A stretch of DNA of 26,646 nucleotides, taken from an uncultured Pirellulales bacterium. Its GTDB lineage: Bacteria > Planctomycetota > Phycisphaerae > Sedimentisphaerales > Anaerobacaceae. The DNA lies in assembly GCA_964384565.1 (NCBI GenBank), contig CAYLMG010000007.1:1-26646 (forward strand). The letters are read 5' to 3'. Shown here piece by piece: positions 1-8,865 of the stretch. The notes beneath the pieces were generated by a model that saw nothing but the letters and a program-made list of their open reading frames with translations, did no database searches and had not been told where the DNA came from. Both the position numbers and the translations under genes were made by a program. The number at the start of each line of letters is the position of its first letter. Position 1 is the stretch's first letter.

Positions 1-146
1 ATTTATTTAGGAGGATTAAAAGTAAAAAAACAAAAGTCACCTTATGATTGAGACGATAACGGCAGTTGTAAAAAAATCCTACGGGGAATAGTGGTTTAGA
101 AACGAAAGTAAGTTTTTTCATTATTTAATTGACGAGGGTAAGAAAG

Positions 147-554
147 ATGAAAGCAAAAAGTGGTTTTACGTTGGTAGAAATTCTGATTGTCGTGGTTATT
201 CTGGGAATTCTGGCAGCTATTGTTATTCCGCAGTTCAGTAATGCGAGCTCGGAAGCTAAGCTGGCGAGTTTAAAGAGCAATCTCCAGTCGATTCGTGCTC
301 AGATTCAGCTCTATAAAATCAAAAATGATGATAGTTCTCCGACAGTTGCCGCTTTCACCAGCCAAATGACTACAGATGCTAACAATGGACCGTTTCTTCA
401 GTCCATACCCACCAATCCCTACACAGGTACCAACAGCGTGGTTGCGTGGGGTACCGGAGGCGGAGCCTGGGAGCTTGACGAGGATGGGACGGCCAACCCC
501 TCCGGTGAAGGAGGTGCGTTTAGAGCAGGTGATGCAGCTCATCAGGCTCTGTAA
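147..554 (+). CDS. Major type IV pilin / GspG-like pseudopilin
   Basis: Class III signal MKAKSG|FTLVEILIVVVILGILAAIVIP with E5. GPFLQSIPTNPY resembles the GspG GPYL..P.DPW segment. ATG at 147 is preferred over the TTG at 129. Confidence 0.92.
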   Translation: MKAKSGFTLVEILIVVVILGILAAIVIPQFSNASSEAKLASLKSNLQSIRAQIQLYKIKNDDSSPTVAAFTSQMTTDANNGPFLQSIPTNPYTGTNSVVAWGTGGGAWELDEDGTANPSGEGGAFRAGDAAHQAL

Positions 555-605
555 GAGCTGAAATAAGCAGATTTTCAGTATCTGATAGTTGAAAGGTACC
601 CATAA

Positions 606-638
606 CAGGCCGGCTGTTAATAGCCGGCCTGCTTTTTT
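606..638 (+). terminator. Rho-independent terminator after the major pilin
   Basis: Perfect stem CAGGCCGGCT/AGCCGGCCTG followed by CTTTTTT. Confidence 0.88.
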
Positions 639-717
639 ACATAAACTCGAAAAGATAACTGCCCGATAAATCAAAAGCGGATAACGAATTATTCTTATTT
701 TTCGCTTTTTAAAACAG

Positions 718-1152
718 ATGAGAAAGAAGTTAAGCACAACAAAGGCTTTTACGCTTACCGAAGCGATGATGGCCGTTGTGATTTTGGCCATAGCTGCTGC
801 AGGTTTGCTTTTGCCTTTTACCAGCGGTGCTGCCATGCAGGCTGAGGGTTCGCGATTGACTCTGGCAGCAAAACTGGCATCGGATTTGATGGAACAGATT
901 ATAAATACACCTTTCGATGATATTGTGAGCAGCTTTAATGGTTACAGCGAATCTCAGGGCCAGGTAAAAGATGCCGGCGGTTCGGTATTTACCGGTTCAC
1001 TTTATTCGAATTTCAGCAGGAATTCGAGTTGTTCCTACGTTTATTTCCCAAATGAGGATATGCGTGCATCGCCAAAATTCGTTCTTGCCACAGTCAGAGT
1101 GTATTACAAATCAGATGAGATTGTGAAAATAAACCGACTTATTACCCGGTAG
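718..1152 (+). CDS. Minor (pseudo)pilin, PilV/GspI-like
   Basis: KA|FTLTEAMMAVVILAIAA prepilin motif with E5; first of three consecutive minor pilins. Confidence 0.82.
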   Translation: MRKKLSTTKAFTLTEAMMAVVILAIAAAGLLLPFTSGAAMQAEGSRLTLAAKLASDLMEQIINTPFDDIVSSFNGYSESQGQVKDAGGSVFTGSLYSNFSRNSSCSYVYFPNEDMRASPKFVLATVRVYYKSDEIVKINRLITR

Positions 1153-1191
1153 TATTATATGGTTTGATAGCTGTGCTCTAAGAGATATGCG

Positions 1192-1812
1192 ATGAGAAAA
1201 ACAAGATGTAATAATGGTTTTACACTTGCTGAACTGCTGGTTGCTTTAATGGTAACTTCTATTGTGCTCGCTGCCGTTGCTGCCCTTAGTTTTGCTATGA
1301 GTTCGGCAAATGATAGTACGGGTGATATTGCGGTTAAACAGGCGCAAATTCGCTTTGCTACAATTAAAATCAGAGACCTTATAACCAACTGTAGAATGAT
1401 ATGTCATCTCGAAGAGAATAATTTTGCTATCTGGAGAGCCGATGATAACGCTGATGGCTATATCAATCTTGATGAGCTGACATATCTCGGCAGTGATTAC
1501 GATAAAAGTTATGTTCGAACTTTAGAGTTTTATAACGACAGCCGTGTGTTGGATATCGCTGGTATATTGCCGCTTTCGTCAGGCTTAGGCGAATACGCAT
1601 GGTACCGTTCTCAGAAAATTATACCGGAATGTGAAAATGTCGAGCTTGCTGTCTACACCACACCGCCCTGGTCTGAATTTGCAAGAATCAGCTTTGATAT
1701 CGAAGAAAATGGTGTTATGCACCACTACGAGATAACAGCGGCGCTTCGAGCCTGGGCAGGTCATTTAATTAATGATTACGGGGATTTTATATTTGCAGAT
1801 GATGATGAATAA
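1192..1812 (+). CDS. Minor (pseudo)pilin, PilW/GspJ-like
   Basis: NG|FTLAELLVALMVTSIVLAAV prepilin motif, gene order and size. Confidence 0.82.
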   Translation: MRKTRCNNGFTLAELLVALMVTSIVLAAVAALSFAMSSANDSTGDIAVKQAQIRFATIKIRDLITNCRMICHLEENNFAIWRADDNADGYINLDELTYLGSDYDKSYVRTLEFYNDSRVLDIAGILPLSSGLGEYAWYRSQKIIPECENVELAVYTTPPWSEFARISFDIEENGVMHHYEITAALRAWAGHLINDYGDFIFADDDE

Positions 1813-2959
1813 AAAAGAAAATAGCAGAAGGGCAGCGGCATTGCTTGTGGTTCTCTTTATAGTTATGGCAATAACAATATTGTCGCTGGGCTTCCTTTCG
1901 AAAAACGACGTAGAGCTGGCCTGCGGTGAGAATATGAAAATCCGCACAGAAATGGACTATTTAGCCGAGTCGGGCCTGGAGCAGGCAAAAGGATTTATAT
2001 TAAATCCTCAGGATGTCTCTGGCGAGTACTGGACGGGTGCGAGTGCTCAGCAGATTGTTACGGGAAGTGATAACTATTACGATGTCTCTGTGTCTCAGAC
2101 CGGCTCTTGCAATTACAAAATAAACTGCACAGCTTATAGAGAAAAGGCAGGCGAGCAAATCGCTCGAGGCAAATTGGCCGCCCAGTTACGGCTGGACCCC
2201 TGCTTTGCATACTACCAGGTAAGTAAAAAGGATTTGTCAGGTGAAGTTACAATCAATGGGGATGCTTACTTTTGCGATGATGTATCAATCTACGGGAAAG
2301 TCTGGGGAGATGTTTACTCAAAAAAGACGATAACCACACTTGATGCCGGTTACATTCAGGGCCAGCAGTATCAAAATAATAGCACTTATGAAGCATATAC
2401 TCCCGAAATTTATATATGGCTATTTAGCATGTTTTATTATATAGGTTCTACGCTATATTCTGCAGAGTCCATTGTTCCAGGAACATATGAAAATCTGCAG
2501 TGCAGTGCCAGCGCATCCAACCCTGCAGGTGTTTTCTATTGTAATAGTAATCTCGAATTAAAAGGTGATTGCAGTATAAATGGGATGCTTTCAGTAGAAG
2601 ATGATTTGAGGTTGCGCGAAGGCTGCAATCTTACAATCACAGCAGTTAAAAATTTTCCTGCTCTTTTAGTTAACCATGATTTGTCTTTTGAAGATGATAA
2701 CTGTCAATTACAGATAACAGGTCTGGCGAAGATTGAACATCATATTGATTTGAAAAGTAAAAATGGAGGTGTATTTAACTTGACTGGAGCATTATATGTT
2801 CTTGGAGACGGCATAATAAATACTGGCGGCAGTTCCGTAACTATAACTGCCTCTCAGGAAAAAGGCTCCGTCCAGACCTGGCCTGCTTCCAATACGCCAA
2901 ATAGATACAGCCCGGCGGCGGATGCTTTTTTTAAAAGCATAGAAAGAAAACAGCCATAA
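1805..2959 (+). CDS. PilX/GspK-like minor pilin with a large C-terminal domain
   Basis: Basic leader then ALLVVLFIVMAITILSLGF with no E5, typical of PilX/GspK, followed by YLAESGLE. The start is one of the tandem ATGs at 1799/1802/1805, around the upstream stop (the track ORF starts at 1772). Confidence 0.78.
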   Translation: MNKKENSRRAAALLVVLFIVMAITILSLGFLSKNDVELACGENMKIRTEMDYLAESGLEQAKGFILNPQDVSGEYWTGASAQQIVTGSDNYYDVSVSQTGSCNYKINCTAYREKAGEQIARGKLAAQLRLDPCFAYYQVSKKDLSGEVTINGDAYFCDDVSIYGKVWGDVYSKKTITTLDAGYIQGQQYQNNSTYEAYTPEIYIWLFSMFYYIGSTLYSAESIVPGTYENLQCSASASNPAGVFYCNSNLELKGDCSINGMLSVEDDLRLREGCNLTITAVKNFPALLVNHDLSFEDDNCQLQITGLAKIEHHIDLKSKNGGVFNLTGALYVLGDGIINTGGSSVTITASQEKGSVQTWPASNTPNRYSPAADAFFKSIERKQP

Positions 2960-3416
2960 AAATCTATCATTTCAGGTTAAAAAATATATTTCAACTTATT
3001 GGACGACAAGAGGTTTTGGGCTATATTAAGCTTATCGGCCTCAAAAAATAAACTAAAAGAAAAATTCAAATCATTTCCTTTCCTTCCATTTATTTTGTAA
3101 AATATAATTAACAAAACAGTATCGTTATTTTTGCGCAATATCATTGTAACGGTTGTATGTGTTCTGCTGATGATGAGTGTGGAAAGTATCGGATTTGACA
3201 ATTATACAAGCTCGTAAGAGCTGTTAAATCATAGTACTTACGATAAAAACGGACGCTAATACAGCCTCTGCCAAATCAAAAGTGACAAAGAAGAAAATCG
3301 GCATGATGCCTTGAGCAAAGGACTGTTCAAGGCACCCCTCAAAGAAGACGAAAAAAGAATAAAGAAATAGGCAAAATATGCGCAATATTCCCCTCTTTGT
3401 TGAGGATTAAAGGGCG

Positions 3417-3905
3417 ATGGAAAATCAAAACTTAATTTTTAGGAATCGCGGTTTCACATTAATTGAGCTGATTGCTGTAATTGTGATAATTGCCATAGCG
3501 GCAATGCTTGCAATACCTATGTTCAGTTCGGCTGCAGGTATACAAATTCGTGCAGCAGCGGATATGATAGCAGCGGACCTCGAATATGCCAAGAGTATGG
3601 CAATCAGCAGGCAAAAAACATATACGGTGATTTTTGACGAATCTGCTGAAAGCTACAGAATCGAAGATGAGACCGGAATTATATCTCACCCTGTTACACA
3701 TAAAGATTATACGGTGAACTTCAAAACAGACGGCAGGGTCAACAAGGTGAATATTGTCGACGCTGATTTCGGCTCATCTGAGCAGGTATCCTTCACTTAT
3801 CTTGGAAGTCCTGATAATGGTGGAAGTGTCACTCTTTCTGCGGACACCAAAACTATGACGATTACAGTTGAGACGGTAACGGGTTATGTGTCAATTTCAC
3901 AGTGA
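3417..3905 (+). CDS. Minor pilin, GspH/FimT-like
   Basis: RG|FTLIELIAVIVIIAI motif followed by the FimT/GspH-like pattern AADLEYAKSMAISRQK..TVIF. Confidence 0.85.
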   Translation: MENQNLIFRNRGFTLIELIAVIVIIAIAAMLAIPMFSSAAGIQIRAAADMIAADLEYAKSMAISRQKTYTVIFDESAESYRIEDETGIISHPVTHKDYTVNFKTDGRVNKVNIVDADFGSSEQVSFTYLGSPDNGGSVTLSADTKTMTITVETVTGYVSISQ

Positions 3906-3975
3906 TGGATGTGTGCGAACGGTAAAGAAAATCGATATGTTAAATGTCAAATCCGCGAAGCGGTAGAAAAAGCAA

Positions 3976-5157
3976 ATGATAAGCTGGAAATTAAAAACTC
4001 ACAATTACGGACCAATTGGCTTGGACATAGGACATAACAATATCAAGATGATTCAGTTGGAAACAAACGGTCCGATGATAAGTGTGGTAGATGCGGCTAA
4101 GGCTATTGTTGGTGTAAATATAAGCTCAGACTTTAAGCAAAGAAAAGAGTATATTACTTCAGCGATAAAAACGATGCTGGCAAAAGGTAATTTTAAAGGC
4201 CGCGAGGTAGTCTCATCTATGCCGAATGACCAGATAAGAATGACAAGCATTAGACTGGGACGGACGGAAACAGAAAAAATCGAAGAGATTTTACGAAGAG
4301 AGGTTACAAATCGTTTCGCCTACCATCCTGATAAGGACTCGATTAACTATATGTTTGCAGGCAGTGTTCGGCATGGTGATGAGATAAAAAATGAGGTAAT
4401 ATTGTTTGCCACGAAGGATGAGACAGTAAGAAATCATATCGATATGCTTGAACAGGTAGAACTCAGACCCGTTGGTATAGACCCGGTTCCTTGTGCTTTA
4501 TACAGAAGCTTTAGACGTATGCTCAGAAGGCAGGAAGATAGAGAGAAAACCGATGTTTTTGTTGATATCGGAGGCTCGTCTACTACAGTGGTTTTTGGCC
4601 GGGACGAAGATATCAGTTTTGTTAAGAATATAATGATTGGTACAGAAAACATTAATCGTGAAATTGCACAGAGGTTGGATATCGAAGTCAGTGAAGCAGA
4701 AATGCTGAGAAACAGGCTCTGGGCAAGAACACGGATTTCAAACACTGCGGATTCGGATGAGGGACTATTAGATAAGGATAATGACCTGACGCATCAGGAG
4801 GACATCGACCCTTCAACTCGCCAGATAATGGTGGATGCAATAGGCTCGGTTGCTGAGGAACTGGCAAAAGAGATATCGCTGTGCTTTAGATATTACACTG
4901 TTACCTTCAGAGGCAAGCGCGTAGAACGGGCTACTTTCACCGGCGGCGGCGCATACGAAAATATTTTGCTTAATGTATTGAGACGGCAGATGGCACTTTC
5001 GGTCGAAGTAGCCGAGCCTTTTGATGGCATTGATATAACGAAAGTAAACTTTAATGGCGACAGGCGCGGATTGCTTTGTGAATGGGCTGTTGCCGTGGGA
5101 CTGGGCCTGAAAAACTGGGAACCCGGTGAAAGTATCAGGAAAAAGGTTGAAAAATAG
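3976..5157 (+). CDS. pilM: Pilus assembly protein PilM (actin-like fold)
   Basis: Actin/FtsA-like motifs IGLDIG, VDIGG and FTGGGA, a C-terminal AVAVGLGLK, and position before pilN/pilO-like genes. Confidence 0.88.
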   Translation: MISWKLKTHNYGPIGLDIGHNNIKMIQLETNGPMISVVDAAKAIVGVNISSDFKQRKEYITSAIKTMLAKGNFKGREVVSSMPNDQIRMTSIRLGRTETEKIEEILRREVTNRFAYHPDKDSINYMFAGSVRHGDEIKNEVILFATKDETVRNHIDMLEQVELRPVGIDPVPCALYRSFRRMLRRQEDREKTDVFVDIGGSSTTVVFGRDEDISFVKNIMIGTENINREIAQRLDIEVSEAEMLRNRLWARTRISNTADSDEGLLDKDNDLTHQEDIDPSTRQIMVDAIGSVAEELAKEISLCFRYYTVTFRGKRVERATFTGGGAYENILLNVLRRQMALSVEVAEPFDGIDITKVNFNGDRRGLLCEWAVAVGLGLKNWEPGESIRKKVEK

Positions 5158-5197
5158 ACGCTGTATATCAAGTTATATTTAGTTTTAGGTTTTGTTT

Positions 5198-5872
5198 ATG
5201 AACGATATCGATCTTCTTCCACAATGGTATAAGAAGAACCAACGAAGGCGGATGGGCTACCGAGCGGAATGTTTTGCTTTGGGCTGCATACTTATGGTTA
5301 TGCTCGTGTGGGGCTTCCATACAAAGTCCATAGTCTCGAAAGCCGAAGCCGGACTCAATAAACTGCGGAGTCGCCATAGGGAATTAAAAGATGATGTACG
5401 TTCATTTACCGAGATGAAAAAGACTGCGGCGCTGCTGAAGAAAAAGGTCGATATTCTTAAGGAAATAGATTCCCGAATAGATGTTCCAGGTGTGCTTGCA
5501 GAGTTAAGCTTTTTAATTGATAAAGATATTGTGCTTAAAAAGGTCAAATTTGATGCGGAACAATTTAAGAGCCGACCGACTGGAAAAACTGCATCAGCAG
5601 GATTAAGAACGGCTCGGACTAGGAGCGGCAGTAATGAAGTTATATTATTCGGTGATGTTAGATTCACTGTCTTGATAAGCGGTGTCGCCGCAGACGGAAG
5701 TGATGTCGCCGAGCTTATTTGCAAATTAGAGGATTCGCCATATTTTTGCCAGGTTATACCGTTCTTTTCGAGGAACAAAAAAGCTAAGGCAGGCGGTACT
5801 GTCGATGAAGAGAAATTAAAGTCTACTGAATTTGAACTTGGCTGTTATCTGGCAAATTATAAAGAAGAATAA
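5198..5872 (+). CDS. pilN: PilN-like alignment protein
   Basis: N-terminal MNDIDLLP (variant of the INLLP PilM-binding motif), one TM segment, coiled coil, and a C-terminal ISGVA..LEDSPYF. ATG at 5198 is preferred over the TTG at 5192. Confidence 0.82.
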   Translation: MNDIDLLPQWYKKNQRRRMGYRAECFALGCILMVMLVWGFHTKSIVSKAEAGLNKLRSRHRELKDDVRSFTEMKKTAALLKKKVDILKEIDSRIDVPGVLAELSFLIDKDIVLKKVKFDAEQFKSRPTGKTASAGLRTARTRSGSNEVILFGDVRFTVLISGVAADGSDVAELICKLEDSPYFCQVIPFFSRNKKAKAGGTVDEEKLKSTEFELGCYLANYKEE

Positions 5873-5884
5873 GGAAAACTTGAA

Positions 5885-6430
5885 ATGGTTTTCAGAACGA
5901 AACAGCAAATAATAATTTTCATTGCAGCCGGCGTGATGCTGATGGCTTTCGTGTTTTTTGTATATCTGCCTCTGGAGAAAAAAATGAAAGTTATTAAGTC
6001 TGAAACTGCTATGACAAGAGTTGTCATTGAAGAGGCAAACAGCCGGAAAAAGCAACTGCCTGTGCTCGAAAAACAGTTTCAACAAATGCAGAGTATAACA
6101 AAAGAATATGAGCTTAATATGCCGGAAAAAAGAGAGCTTGGTTCGTTTTTACATCAGATAGCTGATTTGATGAATGAGCATAACCTGAAAAATCAGTTTA
6201 TTGAACCAGGCAAAGAAGTAGAAACTGAAAAACTAAACTGTATACCTGTCAGCATAAAGTGCAAGGGTAAGCTGGCACAGATATTTGAATTTTATAAGTC
6301 CATACAGAATTTAAACAGGTTGATTCGGATTGAGCATGTAAGCCTGGAGAATAAGAGCAGTCCCGGCAGTGAGATCGATATGGAGACGAAGGCGGTTATT
6401 TATTACCGGCCGACAAAAGAAAAAGGTTAA
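5885..6430 (+). CDS. pilO: PilO/GspM-like alignment protein
   Basis: One N-terminal TM segment, coiled coil, LP...ELGSFLHQI, and IPVSIKCKG..QIFEFYKSIQNLNRLIRI. Confidence 0.85.
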   Translation: MVFRTKQQIIIFIAAGVMLMAFVFFVYLPLEKKMKVIKSETAMTRVVIEEANSRKKQLPVLEKQFQQMQSITKEYELNMPEKRELGSFLHQIADLMNEHNLKNQFIEPGKEVETEKLNCIPVSIKCKGKLAQIFEFYKSIQNLNRLIRIEHVSLENKSSPGSEIDMETKAVIYYRPTKEKG

Positions 6431-6438
6431 AGTTTGAT

Positions 6439-7059
6439 ATGAAAAGTAAGACACAAAAAAAACCAGGTACAGCTGTTGCGGCAGGCAGTGGTATTTTTGC
6501 TAAACTTAACGCGGAAAAGAAAAAAGCAATTACTGCGATGTGCCTGATTTTAGTGATGTCTATTATGTGGATTAAAGTCTTTGTCGGTAAATCCCCTCAG
6601 AGTGCCGAAGCAACTGACAACCTTGAAACATCCTCTTCTGAAGAGTTCTCTTCCGAGCAGGATGAACAAGGCATAGAGCCGGGAATATGTTATTTTGAAT
6701 TACCTAAAGTCGAAGGAAGAAATGATATTCTTACAAGAGACTTCTTTTCATCTGATAATAGGAACTTCTATCAAGGCTCCGGCAAAGAGATTAAACCTGT
6801 TTCTGAAAGTAACAACGACGAGGGGCTTATGCGAAGGATAAGTGCAAAACTGACTCTTGAGGCGATAGTTATGGGAGATAATTCTCAGGCTTTTATTAAT
6901 AATAAACTGTTTGGCGCTGGTGACAAATTGACCGTTGCCGAAGGTTCTGATGTGTATGAATGTGAAGTTGTAAAAATTGAAGAAACAGAAGTGACAATAA
7001 GATGCAGAGAAGGGACTATTACATTAAAGATTCTACAACCGTTGGAAGTGCTTAATTAA
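6439..7059 (+). CDS. PilP/GspC/MshK-like single-TM connector protein
   Basis: One TM segment, an acidic linker, and a C-terminal LEAIV....QAFINNKLFGAGD beta-domain. Located between pilO and the secretin. Confidence 0.6.
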   Translation: MKSKTQKKPGTAVAAGSGIFAKLNAEKKKAITAMCLILVMSIMWIKVFVGKSPQSAEATDNLETSSSEEFSSEQDEQGIEPGICYFELPKVEGRNDILTRDFFSSDNRNFYQGSGKEIKPVSESNNDEGLMRRISAKLTLEAIVMGDNSQAFINNKLFGAGDKLTVAEGSDVYECEVVKIEETEVTIRCREGTITLKILQPLEVLN

Positions 7060-7075
7060 AAAATTGACAGGCAGT

Positions 7076-7107
7076 TGCAAAGAACAGAAACCTGCTTCTG
7101 TTCTGCA
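7076..7107 (+). other. Intra-operon hairpin upstream of the secretin RBS
   Basis: Perfect 9-bp stem AGAACAGAA/TTCTGTTCT with no U-tract; an AGGAG SD follows. Confidence 0.5.
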
Positions 7108-7127
7108 GAAAGAAAAGGAGCATAATT

Positions 7128-8840
7128 ATGTATAAAGACAAATATTACAATGGCAAAATCAGAAAAGATATGTTTCTCTGGCTTATTGTAGTGGCGATGA
7201 TAGCTGCAATAGCTGTCGGTGGTGTTGATGAGGCTTCGTTGGAAAGAAGCGAGGAGACTTCGGTACCGAAGGCAAATGTGTCGAACAGCACAATAAGCAT
7301 TTCTGCTGATGGTACGATCCAGTCTATCAGCTTCAAGAAGGATGCCGAAATAAGGGATGTGCTTCGTTTCCTTGGAGCAAAGTATAATAAAAACATCGTT
7401 CCATCCCCTAAGGTTGAAGGCACAATCACAGTGACCAACCTTTATAACGTAACATTTGAGCAGACTATGGATGCTATTCTCGGGGACAATATCCAATGGG
7501 AACAAAGGGGTAATATCATTGAAGTTTACACCAAAGAAGACGTGAGCCGGATGAAATATACGGTCTTTGCGCTCGACTATATCACCGCTGATGAGGCGAA
7601 AAAGCTAATTGCGCCGGTTCTCAGCGACCAGGGTCAAATTGGGTCCACCACGGCAGCTGAGACTGGTGTCCCTACCGGTCAGTCTATCAGTTCAGGTACC
7701 GGCGGTGGGGACACTATGTCGCTGAAGGATACCATTGTGGTTTATGACTATGCTGAGAACATTAGAAGGGCTGAAGATGTGATAACTGCTATTGACGTCA
7801 GGCCAACACAGGTGCTTGTCGAGGCGAGTATCTTGAGCGCCAAACTAACCGAAAATATGCAATTCGGTATTGATTGGCAAACTCTCAAGGGTACCGCCGT
7901 GGCCAGCTTAACGAGTATCAGCTCCGGTGCTCCGGACTACTTTAAGAGTGCGGGTACTTCTCAGGTAGACAAGACAGGCGGCATGACAGTCGGCATTGCA
8001 TTTGGCGACGTAGGGGCATTTATTCGAGCGGTTGAAGAGGTTACCGATATAACCCTGTTGGCGAACCCGAAGATATTGACAGTCAATAAGCAGCTCGGTC
8101 AAGTCTATATCGGCGATAAATACGGCTACCGGGAGGGCGACACGTTTGATGCAGCAGGCAATCTGGTGGAGGGCCAAGTTAAGTTCCTCGATACAGGTAC
8201 TAAGCTTTCATTCAGGCCCTATATCGGCACCGAGGGCTATATCCGGGTGGATATTCATTCCAAAGACAGTTCCGGGTCAGTTCCGGCAAGTGGCATTCCT
8301 CAAGAGACGTCAGCGGAGCTGGTTTCTAACATAATGGTCAAAGACGGCCAGACTATTGTTATCGGCGGATTGTTCAGAGATAAAATTACAAACGCCAGAA
8401 CCCAGGTGCCGTTGCTTGGTGACATTCCGATTGTAGGAGCTGCATTTAGAGGTACGGCTGATAAGGTTGAGCGCCAAGAGATTATAGTTCTCCTTACACC
8501 TCATATTATAACGGAGCCAAGTCAAACTGAGGGAGAAGCAAGAGCGGATGATCTCCGTCGTAAAAGATTTGGAGCAAAGGAGGAATTGCAGTGGATAGGT
8601 AGAGCAAGATTGGCGGAAGACTGTTATGCAAAAGCTGCAAAATACTATCTTGAGGGTAATAATGAAGCTGCTATTGAACAGTTAGACGATGCACTTCGGC
8701 GATATCCGACATATTTGGAAGCATTAAGGCTGAAGGAAAGAATAATCAAGGAAACGAGTCCTGAAGACGCCAGGAGCATTGAGAGCATCATAATTGATAG
8801 CGTTGAGCGAAAAGATTCCCAGAGGTGGCTGAGAAGATAA
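7128..8840 (+). CDS. Secretin (GspD/PilQ family) with a C-terminal TPR-like extension
   Basis: N0/STN-like N-terminus, N3 domain, and the motifs QVLVEASI, LLANPKILTVN, VKDGQTIVIGGL, VPLLGDIPIVGAAF and IIVLLTPHII. Confidence 0.95.
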   Translation: MYKDKYYNGKIRKDMFLWLIVVAMIAAIAVGGVDEASLERSEETSVPKANVSNSTISISADGTIQSISFKKDAEIRDVLRFLGAKYNKNIVPSPKVEGTITVTNLYNVTFEQTMDAILGDNIQWEQRGNIIEVYTKEDVSRMKYTVFALDYITADEAKKLIAPVLSDQGQIGSTTAAETGVPTGQSISSGTGGGDTMSLKDTIVVYDYAENIRRAEDVITAIDVRPTQVLVEASILSAKLTENMQFGIDWQTLKGTAVASLTSISSGAPDYFKSAGTSQVDKTGGMTVGIAFGDVGAFIRAVEEVTDITLLANPKILTVNKQLGQVYIGDKYGYREGDTFDAAGNLVEGQVKFLDTGTKLSFRPYIGTEGYIRVDIHSKDSSGSVPASGIPQETSAELVSNIMVKDGQTIVIGGLFRDKITNARTQVPLLGDIPIVGAAFRGTADKVERQEIIVLLTPHIITEPSQTEGEARADDLRRKRFGAKEELQWIGRARLAEDCYAKAAKYYLEGNNEAAIEQLDDALRRYPTYLEALRLKERIIKETSPEDARSIESIIIDSVERKDSQRWLRR

Positions 8841-8865
8841 GATGTTGGCTTGCTGCTGAGTTTAA

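Noticed and set aside
674-709. Hairpin AAAAGCGGA/TTCGCTTTT before the second pilin
   Set aside because: It is AT-rich with G-U pairs and bulges, so it could be chance in this composition.
3195-3280. c-di-GMP-I riboswitch (GNRA hairpin plus GGACGC at 3251)
   Set aside because: The GGCAAAC 5' element is missing, and the GNRA stem is not directly followed by GACGCAAA; the order and spacing do not fit.
3368-3385. Sigma54 promoter AGGCAAAATATGCGCA (GG-N10-GC)
   Set aside because: The spacing fits, but the flanks deviate from TGGCAC and TTGC. Similar candidates near 18190 and 23268 have only N8 spacing.
4720-4820. Acidic insertion in PilM
   Set aside because: It is probably a variable surface loop, with no specific signal.
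7064-7092. Internal promoter at TTGACA before the secretin
   Set aside because: There is no acceptable -10 element at 16-18 bp.
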